Assembly: GCF_009914755.1 (NCBI RefSeq)
Contig: NC_060926.1
DNA from: the human T2T-CHM13v2.0 reference genome, Homo sapiens
DNA: 64,000 bases
Direction: 5' to 3' (one strand)
A program made the translations under genes and the position numbers. Each line of letters begins with the position of its first letter. Position 1 is the first letter of the stretch. The notes under the pieces are model-generated. The model ran no database searches. It was not told where the DNA came from and worked only from the letters and a program-made list of their open reading frames with translations. Of the stretch, positions 39,540-54,832 are shown piece after piece.

Positions 39540-41602
39540 TCATTGTTTAAATTACCATGTTTATTTATATCAACACAAAATACAATAATAAACACGACAA
39601 AACCATTTTATCTTCATGTAACATAACTCTTCAGTGAACAGAAGTACTACTGTTAATGTTTTGGCCTTTCCAAGGTCCTGCCTGGGGTCAAAACAGTATT
39701 CAGAGAAAGAGCAGATTCTTCTCTACCTTCCCTAAAACACACACAAAGGTAACTTCTATTTTCTAAAATCCCATTCCAATAATAATTAAAAAAACAACAG
39801 TAAGTCCACGTAGAGGAGAGGATTGCTGTTGTGTTATCAGCATTGCAACCTGTATATTGCTGTAGATTTCCCCCAGGTTCTGCGCATCAGTCAGGAACAT
39901 AAAGGGTATATCAGCCCTTCGGATTTTCAAGGTGATTTTTCAGTAATTCTTTCACCTAGCCCTGTACTCTGTAAAGGTCTGATTTACCTGAGTTATCTAG
40001 AAACCAGCAAAAAAAGAGTCTCCAAGTGATCAAAGGTATATGGATCTATCTTGTAGAATTGAAGAAACTTATAGATTTTGCTGTGACAATTCAATGGACA
40101 ACCACGAAGCCTCCACTACATAATGAACTATTCACCTAGTAAAAGCTTCACATTACAATTTAATCAAAGGTAATAAACATTGCACAAAAGTACAATATCT
40201 CATCTATATGCCAGCAGTTTAAATGCTATTTGTTCAGTCTCGAACATTTTCAAACAAATGACAGTTATCACTTAACTAACACAATCTTTCTATTATTTCA
40301 CTGACAAAAGAGGCAGTTTCCTGCAGTGGAAAGAGGAGATGGCTTGGAGTTAGAAGAGCTAGATTCTGAACCCAGCTCTACTCATTCTGAGCCTTAGTTT
40401 CCTTATGAGGATCAAGTGAGACGAAAGTGCTTTGTAAAGGAGTAATAACCACAAGAAATAATATTCTAGAGTCCATCTCTTCCATCAACTGATGGATCCT
40501 AATTTGCACATGTATTTTGCAAGTAAAATCTTACCTCTTAAAGTAAATATATGATGCATATTCACCACATGCAGCTGAAATGTGCAAGTTGGGTTACATA
40601 GATGGGAAAAGAGTATGTATTAAAAAGCCTTTAAGACTTGTATACTCTTGATGTGCTTGATTTAGAGCCATTTAAAATTTTATTGTGTTTAACACATGTT
40701 CCTTTTATATTATTGGATCGCTCTTTGAATAAACTAAGCATTTAAAGTAATTTTTTTTTAAAAAGAAACTTTGGTATGACAATTACAGGGTTTAAAAGAC
40801 TGTGCAACTGAGTGAAATGGATTGAGAAATATGGGAGAAGTAACAGTTTGAAAACTCAGAGTCAAAAAGGAAACAGTGTAGAATATCGTTTTTCAGGTAA
40901 TTTAAAAATAAGCTATATGATAGGGTTGTTATCTTTTTATTTTTATAGGTAACTTCTTAATTTATAAATTACTTATTCCTTATTTGTAAAACAAATAAAA
41001 TATTTGTGTACTTAACGTTTAGGTGTGTATAAATTCACAAAAATTATTAACACTTAACTTTCAACCTTATATTTGAGATATCTTCAGAAGAATTGCAACC
41101 TTTTAGCTGAAATAAACTCAGAATCTCATTTCTCAGAGATTTAAAAAAAATTCTCCTTTAAGAGAGGGCATATTTCCTACAAGTTTAGAATTAATTGGCA
41201 AGTATAGACACACAATGTGAGTATATGGGCTTTGTGACTTTGCCGAGACAAAAAACTCAGGTAGCTGCATTCCTGAAACAAATGAGACTCTAATTTCAAA
41301 CATTTTTCAAATGCAAATCAGGCCCCCATGAATCATTTGATGATTTTTTGAAGCATTAATGCAACAGAGTTAGTATTCCTCAAATGATCCCCAAAGTCAT
41401 CTCTTTGCTAAGGATATTTCTCTTCTTGATTATTTTGAAACTGCCAACAGTCTGTCACCTTCATGTAGAGGATGACTTATCTGCAGATGTCCTATTATTA
41501 CCTTAAACCAACCTCATTTTGAAGCAACAAAGAGAAAAAAATTAAATAGTGCATTAACATTTCATATCAGTGAAACAGACTTTTTTCATGCATAAAGTAG
41601 TT
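39540..41602 (-). other. ITGB6: ITGB6 3' UTR (distal end inferred)
   Basis: AT-rich sequence downstream of the TAG stop, ending shortly after AATAAA at 39565-39560. Confidence 0.7.
39560..39565 (-). terminator. Candidate distal polyadenylation signal AATAAA of ITGB6
   Basis: tttatt on the + strand, with U-rich upstream sequence on the minus strand. Position fits a ~2 kb UTR. Confidence 0.65.
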
Positions 41603-41719
<117 letters not shown>

Positions 41720-44700
41720 TCAAGTGAAAGTATGTATATTTTGTTTTTATACTGTTTTAATACGTAGTGCAAATTGGAAGAGGAGAGTCAAGCTCAGTCT
41801 TGGAAACCATTAGAACAATTTTGATTAATTTGGCATTTCATATGTTTAGTGTTTTGCAATTTATACATTTTCATTTTGTTAAATATACAGAACAAGTCCC
41901 ATATGTATATTCTAAAAATCTTACCTCTTTTGGTAATGCACAAATTTACGGATAGAAAACAAGGCTTCAGCTGTTGTGCTCACTGCTGTTTTCCCAGCAC
42001 TGAGTCCCTGGCCCAAAGCAGGTACTCAGTATGTATGGAATGAGTGGCATGAACAGTGACAGATGAACCAAAAGTGAAATCAAAGCCAAAAAAGTAAAAA
42101 ACAGGAAAAGTGAAACCAGTAGGAACATACAAAAATGAACGACACAGTATCTGCCTTTAACAAACGTGTTACTCATGAGAGGCATCAAAGAAGGGCACAA
42201 ATAATCATGCTAAGATGAAATCAAAACTCAGAAGTGGGAGAAAGTAGTTGCTTGGGAGGAGTGAGGAACCATCCTCTGGACAGCTAACACTTGCCCTGGG
42301 TAGCCAAAGAACCAGCTGTCTTTTGCTTACTATGTACAACACTGTGTAAGACAACCACAAGAGACTGGTATGGAGGACCCTGGGGTCATGAAAGAGTTGC
42401 AGTCCAAAGGCAGGCCAGGAAAAATGGCTTTGCCTTGGGGGCAGTGGGAAGGTTGGGTGTGGGACTCTTGGGTAGCTCAGCTGTGCTGTTTGGGTTATAG
42501 ATGTGCCTCCAGGTGCCAATAGCAGTGGTGCTGTAGCCAAAAGGACCAGAAGGTCCAGAAGGATCAAGCCTCTCTAGTTGTTCCAGGCCGGAGGAAGGTG
42601 TCTGGGTAAGGTACAGTTTCTTCTCTCCCACTTTCCAAGGTTGATCACACAGGCTATGGCAACGTCTGGGTCCAAACCCAGCTCCACCACATGACCGTAC
42701 TGAAGACACTCTGAGCCTTGGTGTCCCTATCTGTTCCTACCTCGTCCAGGTAAAGTATTTTAGCACTGTGTGTAGCACATAGCAAATGCTCCATAAATGC
42801 TGCCTCTTCTCATTAGTTCCTATTTATAGCTTTTCTTCACATTTGGAATTTCCTTTTCTTTTAGGTTTTAGAGAGGATTATTAAGATATTTTCCCCCAGG
42901 GCTTTGGTACACTTAACATTTCTAAGCCCATTACTGAGTATGTATGGAATCCAGGTACCGCCTCTGACCTTCTAAGTTAAAATCTTATACTTTGATCACC
43001 TCATTCCATGAATTATAGCTATGGTAGAAATTTCTAGGGGTGGATTTGAAAAAAAACCTTAATTGTCTTTGCTTGCTCAGTATATTTCTTTCAGCTCTTA
43101 AAAGAATTGAATAAAATCGGAAACACTCCCCGGTCTTTCCCACTCACTGGCCTCAGTGCCCTCATTGTGAGTGGGAATCACACCTGCACCCATTTCTATG
43201 TTGTCCAGAGCCAGTGGCCTGACCTCTGACTAAGTGACATGCTACTTTTGTTATGTGCCTTTAAAGAGATATGCTATTTCTATAATAAAGCCAAACAGAA
43301 AAATGTTCCTTGGCTGGTGGTGGATGATGGGTGAAAGCTAAGTTGGTATATTGCTTCTATTCCTGAGAGCAGCCTGGTTAATTCTGAGGGACCTCCAGAT
43401 CTTATCTAGTCCTGCTGCTCTAAGAATTTGAGATTTTGAAGGCAAAGGGCAGACTGATGTGAATTTAGATGTAGATGGAGTCTCATTTGCAAACAAAAAT
43501 CATGCATGGAATTCTATTAAATTTGAGACTAGAATCTAGTTGGTTACAGGAGAATGAGAGACTCCATTGAAGAAACAAGATGGAAAAAAGTAAGAGGTTC
43601 AGGCCAGCAATGACAGGGTAAGCCTGTCCTGGAGGAATTTCCCACTTCCTCCAGGAAGCTCCCACCTTTGTGAACAGAAAAGACACTTGGAAAGAGGACA
43701 CAGGCTGTGAGCAGGGCCAGCTTAGAGCTCCGTAGGACCAGATACTTGTTTGTAGGTGCACCCTATATCATGTCAAACATACTACAATACACCCATATCC
43801 CACACTTAATATAACTGATATGCATTATAGAGGAGGTGACTTGAATTGCAGTTGACAAGATAACACAATGTTATTTAGTAGATATTTAGTTGAATGTTTA
43901 ATTTTGATGGCAGAGTTTTCATTCTGTATTTTAAAGCAACTTCATTCATTCAGGTTTGCAATATTTTGGGAGTCCCTTGCAATACTGGTTTAGGGCCAAG
44001 ACATTGCTTATAGGGAGTGATGGGTAAAGCAGACTTCACTAGAGTAAGAGGGTAAGGTGGAAGTGTAAAAGTGGACGAAGAGCAAGTACATATTGCTGTT
44101 GTGTGTAATAGGGTATTTCCTGGCCTCAGCTGAAGATCAGATGTCAGGATAATGCACTCACATTGGGTTTTGTTCCAGGAGGAGGTGTGGAAATGTCCAC
44201 ACTGCCTCCTCTAGTGCTCTGCTGATTGTAACCTCTCTACACAGACTTTCCAGCTGAAATGCAGGCTTGAGTCCTACTCTATTTCAGGTGAGTGTGCAAT
44301 CCACTGCTCAGAAAAGGTCAGTTTTCCCCTAACCATTTGGGGTTACCAGGCTGATTCCCCCAGGTGTCTGGGAGTGCTAATTTAGGCTGTGGATTCTGCA
44401 AATGCAATGACACATTTTTCAAGATTGAAAAAGTGGTAATAGGAAAACTCTGTCATGACCCACAGCTTCCTTAATGATCGCCCAACTGCCAAACACAGAC
44501 CTGATTTGCTTAGCACAGTACAAAATCAATTCATGACTGCAAGAAATGTCAGGCTGAACATTTTTTTGCCTCAAGTTAATGACTTGTCATCCTAGAAAAA
44601 AAATTCTAATCAAAGATGAATTTAAATATGTTTCATTTGTGTTTTCATAAAGAATATGTGGGGGTGGGCATTATTTTTTAAAGCATAATAAAAAAGATAA

Positions 44701-46104
44701 CCTTTCTTTACAGCTGCTCTGAAATGTTTTAGGAGGTAGGAGTGAAGACCTTTCTGTCTTAAGCCCTGTCACTTTATGAGTCCAGTGCAGTCCTATGGCC
44801 AGGAGGCCTGACTGTCCCCTATTGTCTCTGGAGGGCACTGGGTTTCAAAGACCAGTCAAATTCACTTCTTCAAGAAGAAATAGGTTTTAGGGAAAAAACT
44901 CAGTTAAATTGAAGACCCCTAAATGTGTGCAGTGAGCGACATTTTTTTCCAGTAGGATGTTAGTGAAATTTAAACTGAATTATTTGAGTTAAACCTTTTT
45001 TGCATCCAAGTGAATAATTACTACCCAGTCATTATCTAGTCAGGAACATCAAACATTTGTTATTCAAAGAAACTCAATTTAATAAGGGAATAATATTTTC
45101 CATTTATGCTTTTTTTTCTGTTTAATGCATGTTCGGGTCGCATGTTAGATGAAGAAACAGCAAAAATTCAGCATTTGAATTTCAGTCATGTTCTACATCC
45201 TGAGGGAGAACAATTCATGTTTTTGGGGAAATTAACTGTTAATTAAAATGTTATTTTAAAGATATTAATCACTTGTCAGTATTTATGCCTCTGTATGAGA
45301 ACATTGAAATGTGCTGGTTAGTAGATACACATCACATAATTGCCCAAGTGCGTGTTTGTGGAACACCTGCTTATTATTTCCAGGAGGGTCAACCAAAGGC
45401 TGTGCTTAGAAGAACAATGAACAATTAGGCTTCAGCTTAACCATGCACCAAAAGTTAGGGAAGTCCCTTAACTTCTCTGAGCCTTAGTTTAGCTCTTCAA
45501 AATGGAAATACCAGGATTATATCATGGGGCTTGCTGCTATTGTCCTTTGTGGCAACTTAACCATATTCTTTTACCTGGTTGCCCTTCTAACCATGGCAAG
45601 GCATTTGTTGGAGAGTTGATGAAAGTCAAAAATAACATCTGTGGCCAGGGGTCAGGTGAAGTGAACTGTCCTACAACTTTGGGCTCATTAGTACTGTGTT
45701 CTAAGTCACCAAGCTAACCTGTTTACCTTTTACATTGTTAGGGATGAGTAAATTATATCTTCTCCTGAGGAATTTTGCTTAATTATGGAAAATACACACA
45801 TTCGCAAAAAGAGGAAAGCTATATAACCAACCTCCAAAGACCCATCGCTCAGATTCCACAGTTATCACAGTTCTGCCACACCTGCTTCAACTATCCCTCC
45901 ATCCCACTCTCTTGGCTGAATTATTTCAAAGTGAACCCCAGCTTTCATTTCCTTTCACTCCTTCAGTATGCATCTCTAAAAAATATGGATATTTTCTAGC
46001 AATGTCACCATGCCATTATCATACCTAATCAAATTAACCATACTTATTTGCTATCATTCTAATACCCAGCATGTATTAATCTTTTTTCAGTCTTTTTATG
46101 TATT

Positions 46105-46403
46105 TATTTATTATTTATTTTGGAGACTGGGGCTCACTCTGTCACCTAGGCTGGAATGCAATGGCATGATCATGGCTCACTGCAGCCTTGACCTCCTGGC
46201 TCAAGTGATCCTCCTGCCTTAGCCTCCCAAGTAGCTGGGACTACAGGTGTGAACCACCATGCCTGGCTAATTTTTGTATTTCTTTTTGTAGGGATGGGTT
46301 TTGCCATGTTGCCCAACTCGAACTCCTGAGCTCAAGTGATCCAATCCTCCTGTCTTGGCCTCCCAAAGTTCTAAGATTACGGTGTGAGCCACCATGCCCA
46401 GCC
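46105..46403 (-). mobile_element. AluJ-type
   Basis: gatcatggctcactgcagccttgacctcctggctcaagtgatcctcc. Confidence 0.88.
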
Positions 46404-47514
46404 TTTTTCCAGTTGTTTTAAAAATGTATTTTTACAGGTGGACTGTTCAAATCACGATCCAAACAAAATCCATACATTGCATTTGGCTGTTGTATCTAAA
46501 TGCATTTTTAATGGGAAGATAAAGTAGATAAAAATTTTCAGTGTTCATTGTCCTGTACCATGTATTATCATTAATTTAGAATAACCGCATACAACAGAAA
46601 CATCCCTTATCAAGATAAATTTATCAAAAATGGAAAATTCCATTTGCTTTAGGAGTTGAAGGCATTGCTATAAAAATTGTTAACATCAAATTATTTGGGC
46701 GGACAAATCCAAAGGAGCATTGCGTCTACCTGTATTTTCTCCAGTGATATCATTGTTGTTAGAATCAGCAATGTAAGATAATTGCTGTTAGATACCTGGA
46801 CACACCATTAGAGATAGAGAGATGAAATTAAAACTATGGAATTGTTTCTATGGGTCTCTAGAAATGTAATTATCTCTCCTGTGGAAAAGAAACACAGAAA
46901 ACTATAGTCCTGCCTTCTGATTGCCTCTTGTGAAGAGAAGGCAGTTAAATTATTTCTATTGAGTTTATGTATTTAAAGGTTAATACTTTTGGGGTTTTTT
47001 TCAGGTCTCTGTTTAAAATTTATGTTATTCAGAAAAAATAACTGCATGGCATTTTAAAAATCATCTCAATTTTGCTTTGTAACCTATTATATCAGAAACA
47101 AGTATTTCCAAAGAAATTGGCATGAATTATCGTACTATTTATGAACACTATTCCATTCATTATAACATAACCAATTTATGGAAATGTTTAGATATAGCAC
47201 CCGTGCTTTATCAAATGGGGCCTGAGGGATACTCCTAGTGGTGAGGAAGCGCTGGGTAAAAATATACTTCCCCAATGTCCCTAAGCAGCTGTCTCAGGAG
47301 CCTCATGAGACCCTTCATCGTGGTGGAAATCCCCACCGCACTAAGACAAATATAAGCTATGAGGGTCATCTGGACCTTTGCCCCTGAAGCAGAACAGAAA
47401 TCAAAGCTGTTTGGGTCATGGCGAGAGTGGGAGAGAAAAAATGTGACATTTGAACTCCCAGAGCAGAAGAAAGCTGAGCCCCTCAATCTCTTCCACCAGC
47501 CTCTTTCTCCCCTA

Positions 47515-47748
<234 letters not shown>

Positions 47749-48078
47749 TCAACATTTTGACATCGGAAAGGCATTTCTTGTTGGATTTTCATCTACATTT
47801 TCTGCAGCAGAGGATAAATATTGACACCATTTTCGCCTTGCTTAAATTTTAAAAATGAGTTACTTGTTGAAGAATAGCCCTGCATTCCTCAAAGTAGAAC
47901 AAAAGATAAAGGAAGAATTTAGATATTTGAAGTAAATGGATATAGACTTGATGGTTGACTCTAAAAGAGAATCCAAAAGAGTGATAATTAATGCACATGG
48001 AATATTTAAAGGATTAAGAAAAAGACTAGTTTAATCACTAAACATGGTCTCTTCTGAGTTCACGATAAAGCAGAAATG

Positions 48079-48081
<3 letters not shown>

Positions 48082-48127
<46 letters not shown>
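48082..48127. repeat. Perfect (TG)~23 microsatellite in ITGB6 intron 13
   Basis: Direct reading. Confidence 0.97.
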
Positions 48128-48130
<3 letters not shown>

Positions 48131-49639
48131 CATGTCATCAGTTTTTCATGGACCTTCTTGAATCATGGGGAGTCTAGAAGACTATATTAAAAGTTATATA
48201 AAAACCTATCCCTTGGAAAAAATTACTATTTCCTTCTTTCTTTATAGACAGAAGACAATGATGGGTTTCAGTTCTGTTTTGTTGAACCCTAATGCAGTAG
48301 TCTGGTTTTGGGGAAGTTCCTAGACTAGATTCAGGAGAGGTAGATTCAATTCCCATCTGATGTACAGTAGCTGTGTGAATGTGATCCAGTCCCTTGACCT
48401 CTCTGAGCCCCAGGCCCTTCCTCTGTAAAACAAAGTTCAGTGTTCCCTTACCTTTTCTGATGATACCAATAAGCTGAACTGTTCTTGCTTACTAACACAG
48501 CTTCCTAGACCCCTTCCCCAATATTCTGATTCAGTGGGTCTTGGATAAGCCACCGATTCTGTGTTATTAAATATTCTAAATTATTCTTATCCTCAAGCAA
48601 GTCTGGGAAATTAGATGTTCTGTAGGGTACTTTCAACTTGAATATTCTATGAAATGTTATTTTGACTGTATTGAAGATATTAATGTAATTTTGCAATTAT
48701 ACAGTACCTTTCCTAATTCACAGCAGAATGACTAATAGTCCTTGCAATATGCCTAGGAGATGATACATTTCTTAATGAAACATTATAATTATGTTCTCCT
48801 CTTACTTTCATGGAAAAAAAATCCCACATAAAATTATCATTAGATATCTGCATCTCTCTGCAAGAAATGAGGCAAAATCCATGGGATCTGGGGAGGAAAT
48901 GAATGATGTTTAGTTTATCCTAAGTCTTACTGCTTTTAGATATTTAATAAGGAGAGTTATACACATATGACTAGTCATGCTGTCTTTAAGGTAAGGATCT
49001 GGAGTTGATGTGAATCTGAGTGGGGCTAATTACCCACTAACAGCATGATGCCTGGCCTCACACACTTTTGTTCTTTGGCCAAGAAACCATGTAAAGAGAT
49101 TATGCAGAAATAAGTAAAGGAGCTAATGACATAGCTATTACTGTATGAAGATCTAAAGACTATATTCTCGCATAGCAAATGAACCATAGCTGCCTCTAAT
49201 AGGTGAGCACATTCCTGCAAATAAAGCGGCAGGCCTGTGTCATGAGAATATATACTGGCTACATCTTTGGCTAAGAAATGCCTGGGGTGGGGCATAGTAT
49301 GTTCCTGTTCAAAGCAAGATGAAGCTTGCTACAATCCTGCACCTAGACATGAATTAGGAGGGTTCTCCAGGAGGGACTAAAGAAGAAATGGGTGCGGTCT
49401 GGCAGAGATAATTATTTTAAGAACTGAAAGTCCTCAGGAATTGTACATTTCTCAATTAAAGATGTTGGCCCAAGTGCCAGAGCAGGTCTTACACAATAGA
49501 GATCATCACTTTTCATACTCGGATGTTTCTTGAGATGCTCAGACTGAAAATGGATTTCTACGTGGAAGAAGAGGGTCACCTCTATCACTGTGGGCAATGT
49601 GGCCCATCGAGTCCAGGTTGGTGCAGCACCTACTTCTAA

Positions 49640-49945
49640 GGTCCTGAGTATCTAACTGTGCTACATGCGTTGCAAAATCTGGTAGCTCAATGTGCATATT
49701 GAGTGCTTGAAATGTGACTTTTCCCAAGTAGCTTATGCTGTAAGGGTGAAATACACACTGATTTTGAACACTTGGCATGAAAAAAATGTAAAATATCTCA
49801 GCTTTTATACTGATTACACGTTGAAATGACAATATTTTGGATAACATCGTAAATAAAATTCATTTTACCTGTTTCTTTTACTTTTTAATGTAATTACTAG
49901 AAAATTTTAAATTACATATAGGGTTTGCCTAACAGTTCTGTCGGA
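49640..49945. mobile_element. MER33-like hAT-Charlie element
   Basis: ttgagtgcttgaaatgtg...aaatacacactgattttgaa...aaaaaaatgtaaaatatctca...gattacacgttgaaatga. Confidence 0.7.
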
Positions 49946-50009
49946 TGATGCTGATCTAACATCTTTTTGTGATTCAGATAGTTATGATGATTGTACAGCC
50001 AGTAGGAGG

Positions 50010-50270
50010 CAGTAGAGCACAGTGGTTCAGAGCAGGGGCTCCAGGCCAGGCTGCCAGAGCTCCTCCAACTAGCTCTGGCACGTAATTACTGCCAGACCTA
50101 GAAAATTATTTAATGTCTCTATGCCTCAATTTCCTTACCTTTAAAATGAAAATAATAGTGGTACCTGTTTTATATGGTTGTTAAGAATATTAAGCGAATT
50201 AATACATGTAAAATATATAAAACAACATCTGGCAAATGGTATTAGGGCTCAAAAAATGAGAGCTGCTATT
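50010..50270 (+). mobile_element. MIR
   Basis: gcagtagagcacagtggtt...ctctatgcctcaatttccttacctttaaaatgaaaataatagt. Confidence 0.7.
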
Positions 50271-51465
50271 ATAATAATTAATATTACTATTGTTACAGCA
50301 AATACAGCACTCTTTCCCCTTTTCTATCCTCATCACCTCAAGGGCCTGGAGCCTCCAAGTTGGAACCTGTGGGTATAGCATCTACCCTAGCTGGTACTTT
50401 CCAGCCAGGAAGCCTTCCCGCCTATCATTCCTTGACTCTGTTGTGGCTCTTATGCTCTGGAAGTCCCTCCGGACTGTGGGGGAAAGAAAGAAGATGAAAG
50501 AAGCCACCTGTGTCCACAAGCACCCTGGTGGCGACCCTTCACTCAGTTCTTTTTTTCAATTTGCTTAGAGGACCCTGGGGATCAGCCCCTTTCTCACTTC
50601 TCAGTTTGCCTCTTCTACCCAAGCCTCCACCAGGCCACCCTGGGATTTTCTAGTCTGAAAGCTGTGAGACGGGAGACAGGAGGGACCATGGACTTCTGGG
50701 GACAGGTTCTGCTCTGCTGGCCCCTGGAAGTGCCAGGCCTACCCAACCATGCGGACATTTGTTGAGGAAGAGGGAGCCTGGAGGCTGTCAGGTGACTCTT
50801 GTTAAGCCTCCGGGAGGTTATGTTTCCCCTCACTTTTCCCTACTACAAAAGCATGGGGATAATAACACGCCATAATAAAAAGCATCAGGGCATCTGTGCG
50901 TGCTCTGCAGAATGGCATGTTGTGGTGCCACTCTTATTGTGTGGAAGAATAAAAGAACAGACAACAGCTCAGTAATGAGGCATTTAGCCCAAGGCATGTT
51001 TCACTGAAAAAAAAAAATCACCAACTAGATACAAAAGTCTCTGAATTAAAAGCAGGACTTATTCTGGAAATTCGTTTTTGTTTTTGAAACTCGTTTTTTT
51101 CAATAGAATCAATACTGTAAGGGATGGCTTTGATTTCAAGATAACTTGCTAAAGTCACTGCCACAGTCACAGAGGGTTGGGAGTGTAGTTGGAGAATTTT
51201 ATTTTGTAAGACAGATAATGAGCAGGCAGGCTTTTTTGGTATTATAAAGTAATTTCTCCTTATACAGCAGGATTCTCCTTATGTTTCCCTAATGAACGGC
51301 CACAAGACTCATTTTATGTATGCATTTCAAAGGAGTTGATTTACATGAGATTTTTCCAGAGCAAGTCTCCAGGGGCACTCGGCATACCTGAGCTTCAAGG
51401 CCAAGTTCACAATCATCTTCAGATTTCAGGAAGATGATGACTGCTGCAACTACAAGTCATCTTAG

Positions 51466-51751
<286 letters not shown>

Positions 51752-51840
51752 TTATCTGGTCTTAATAAGAGACACTGGAACATACTGAACCTTCTAACTG
51801 GCATCTTTCAATCCTTGGGAAACTTTAAGAAACTTCATCA

Positions 51841-52089
<249 letters not shown>

Positions 52090-54529
52090 TCATTAGGTTA
52101 AACAGATTCCAAAAGAGATTGTTTTTAAAACAAAGTAGTATTGAGTTTTAATATGTAAATTAGAGTTTTCAATATTGCAGAATGAGAATAGGAGAGTCAT
52201 AGGTTTTTTTTTTTCTCATGAAGTGAGGTTTTCGTTTTCACTCACGTTCCAGAAGAACAGTTCCAGTTGTGGTCAATCAGGACTGACCATCAAATGTGCC
52301 TATCAAACGGATACGGGCAGGATTGCAACAGGCTGAACGTACTTCAAGGCAGGTACCCACAGCTGCCTTGGGAATAGAATGGCCCTGATTATGGTAATGA
52401 GGGGGCTATAGGTTCTTTGCTGAGAGCATGAAGGATGTCTAGATTACATTTCTGCACAGTTCAAACTGATACTGATACTTTTAAAGGGGCCTTTCTCACA
52501 ACGGCATAGTCAAGATTGCTGGCCATGTATTGTGGTAACAGTAACATAAATTAATATCAGGAAACTGAGACTGAAGCATTATGTAGCTCAGGGACCAGCA
52601 GGATAAAGGTAAATAAATCCACAGTGACAGTTTGTCTATCATTCAGTAGAGCTCCTTTCTTAATTTGAAAAAAAAAAAAAATCCAGTTTACCTTAAATCT
52701 TTTCCAAGTGGGAATTTTTCCTTATTGAGCTCATTCAAGAGGCAGAAAATGAATGTCATGACAGAAATTAAAAGTAAAGTAAAATGGCCAATCTGAGATG
52801 CCAGTACTATCTACCAGAAATTTTAGTAGTCCAGGATGTATGCCAAAATTATGTGGCATTCTGCTAATTAAGAAAACCAAACAAATTTGCTTAACTGTTC
52901 TCCTATCTTTTAAGTTGGAGACTTTTCAATGATGGTTACAAACACTGTTTTTCAGAAACCTGTAAGTAGAAGACGTTTTTCTCCTAATCTAAACTTTTAG
53001 GACATAGGTCCAAAATTAGTGTGTTATGCTACAATGGATCAGAACATTAAAACTGGGGCTGCCCCTGATAATCTTGGACATACTCCTACTAGACTTATAA
53101 CCTCTCCCATTAGCTTAAAAATAAAAACATTAATAAAGCAGAATCTAATGTGTTTTCTGAATCTAACAAAAATTAAATAATAGTCTGTTTTTGGTCAAAA
53201 ATGCCATAGCCATAGATAGAAATATTAAGTTGCTGTTTGCTGTCTTTACATTTTGTTTGAGATGAAAAACCCAACAGTGTCTGTGAGAAGTATGCTTTGT
53301 ATTATCTATGAAAACAGGAACCAGCAAGACATTTAGCATTGTAAATAAAATTTCGGATGATAGATTTAAGTGTACAAACTGTTTCTGAACCCATTAGAAA
53401 CATCTATTACATGGGAATATTAAGAAATCTAATTACAAATCATCCTAGTCTAGTCATTGCCAAATGATTATGGTCATCTAAGTCACCTGGGAGTTTTGAA
53501 AATGTAGATTCTGGGGACCCACCTTGGGTATTCTGATTTGAGAAGTTGGTTGTGTGCACAGGAGCTTGTACACTTAGTGAGTTGTTTAATAAGTATTTTT
53601 AAAAAGGAGATTCTGATTAAGAGATTTGGTGAGATGTGTGTTATTTCATATGTTTGATTGCAAATGGTATTGCATATATAATTCATACGTTGGCCATTTT
53701 ATTTGGCCTTTACCACATCTCCTGTTCACTTGCCCCTCCAATTAGCTAGGGTTCATGAAGTCTTGGGGACTATGCGTTTTCTTATTGGACTGTTTTCTTG
53801 CTTCTTTCCCCCTCTCTGTGGGAACAGCCCAGGCTCACTCTGCTCGCCTTGAACATATTTAATGAAACATTTTATTCTGTGGTAGGAAATATGTGAGTGG
53901 CTTATCATACTCCTTTCAGTAATATTAACCATGTTTTTAAAAATTTTCTTTCAAATAGCTGCACTGAAGCCTAGAGAGGCTTACTTGACCTGGTCAGGGT
54001 TATTTAAGTGTTAATGGAATGGCAGAATATGATCTTTGAGTCACAACTCCCATGTTGCTTTAATTACTTCACCACTCCTTTTCATGACTGTTACGGCTCT
54101 AGATGTAGCCTGTTTCATGGTGTTTGGGTATTGAAATAGTATTCTCAAATGTGCAACGACAGATTTGCATAATTCGCTGCATAATTTCTTCTGTTGTTCA
54201 TAGAAAATGGATCTCTCTTTTTTCCCTTCCTTTGTGAATGTCTACAGTGCTGCTCTAGAATAATACAATGAAAATAAGATGCCAGGCAGTCCGTGGAACC
54301 ATACTCAGAGAAGGAAGAAATGTGAAAACAGGGGTGAGGATGTGGGCCTGGGAAGGTCCAGGGAGGGTGTGAAAAATACAAAGCAGGGGGGTGGAGCCAA
54401 GATGGCCGAATAGGAACAGCTCCAGTCTACAGCACCCAGCGTGAGCAACGCAGAAGATGGGTGATTTCTGCATTTCCATCTGAGGTACCGGGTTCATCTC
54501 ACTAGGGAGTGCCAGACAGTGGGCGCAGG

Positions 54530-54832
54530 TCAGTGGGTGCGCGCATCGTGCGTGAGCCAAAGCAGGGCGAGGCATTGCCTCACTCGGGAAGCACAAGGGG
54601 TCAGGGAGTTCCCTTTCCTAGTCAAAGAAAGGGGTGACAGATGGCACCTGGAAAATCGGGTCACTCCCACCCTAATACTGCTCTTTTCCAATGGGCTTAA
54701 AAAATGGCACACCAGATTATATCCTGCACTTGGCTCAGAGGGTCCTACGCCCACGGAGTCTCGCTGATTGCTAGCACAGCCGCCTTGTACACTGCAAGGC
54801 GGCAGCGAGGCTAGGGGAGGGGCACCTGCCAT
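54530..54832 (-). CDS. L1 ORF0 (antisense ORF of the primate L1 5' UTR), open for 100 codons
   Basis: MAGAPPLASLPPCS...CASNQRDSVGVGPSEP...IRVGVTRFSRC matches the ORF0p sequence. Expression is not shown. Confidence 0.7.
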   Translation of the reverse strand: MAGAPPLASLPPCSVQGGCASNQRDSVGVGPSEPSAGYNLVCHFLSPLEKSSIRVGVTRFSRCHLSPLSLTRKGNSLTPCASRVRQCLALLWLTHDARTH

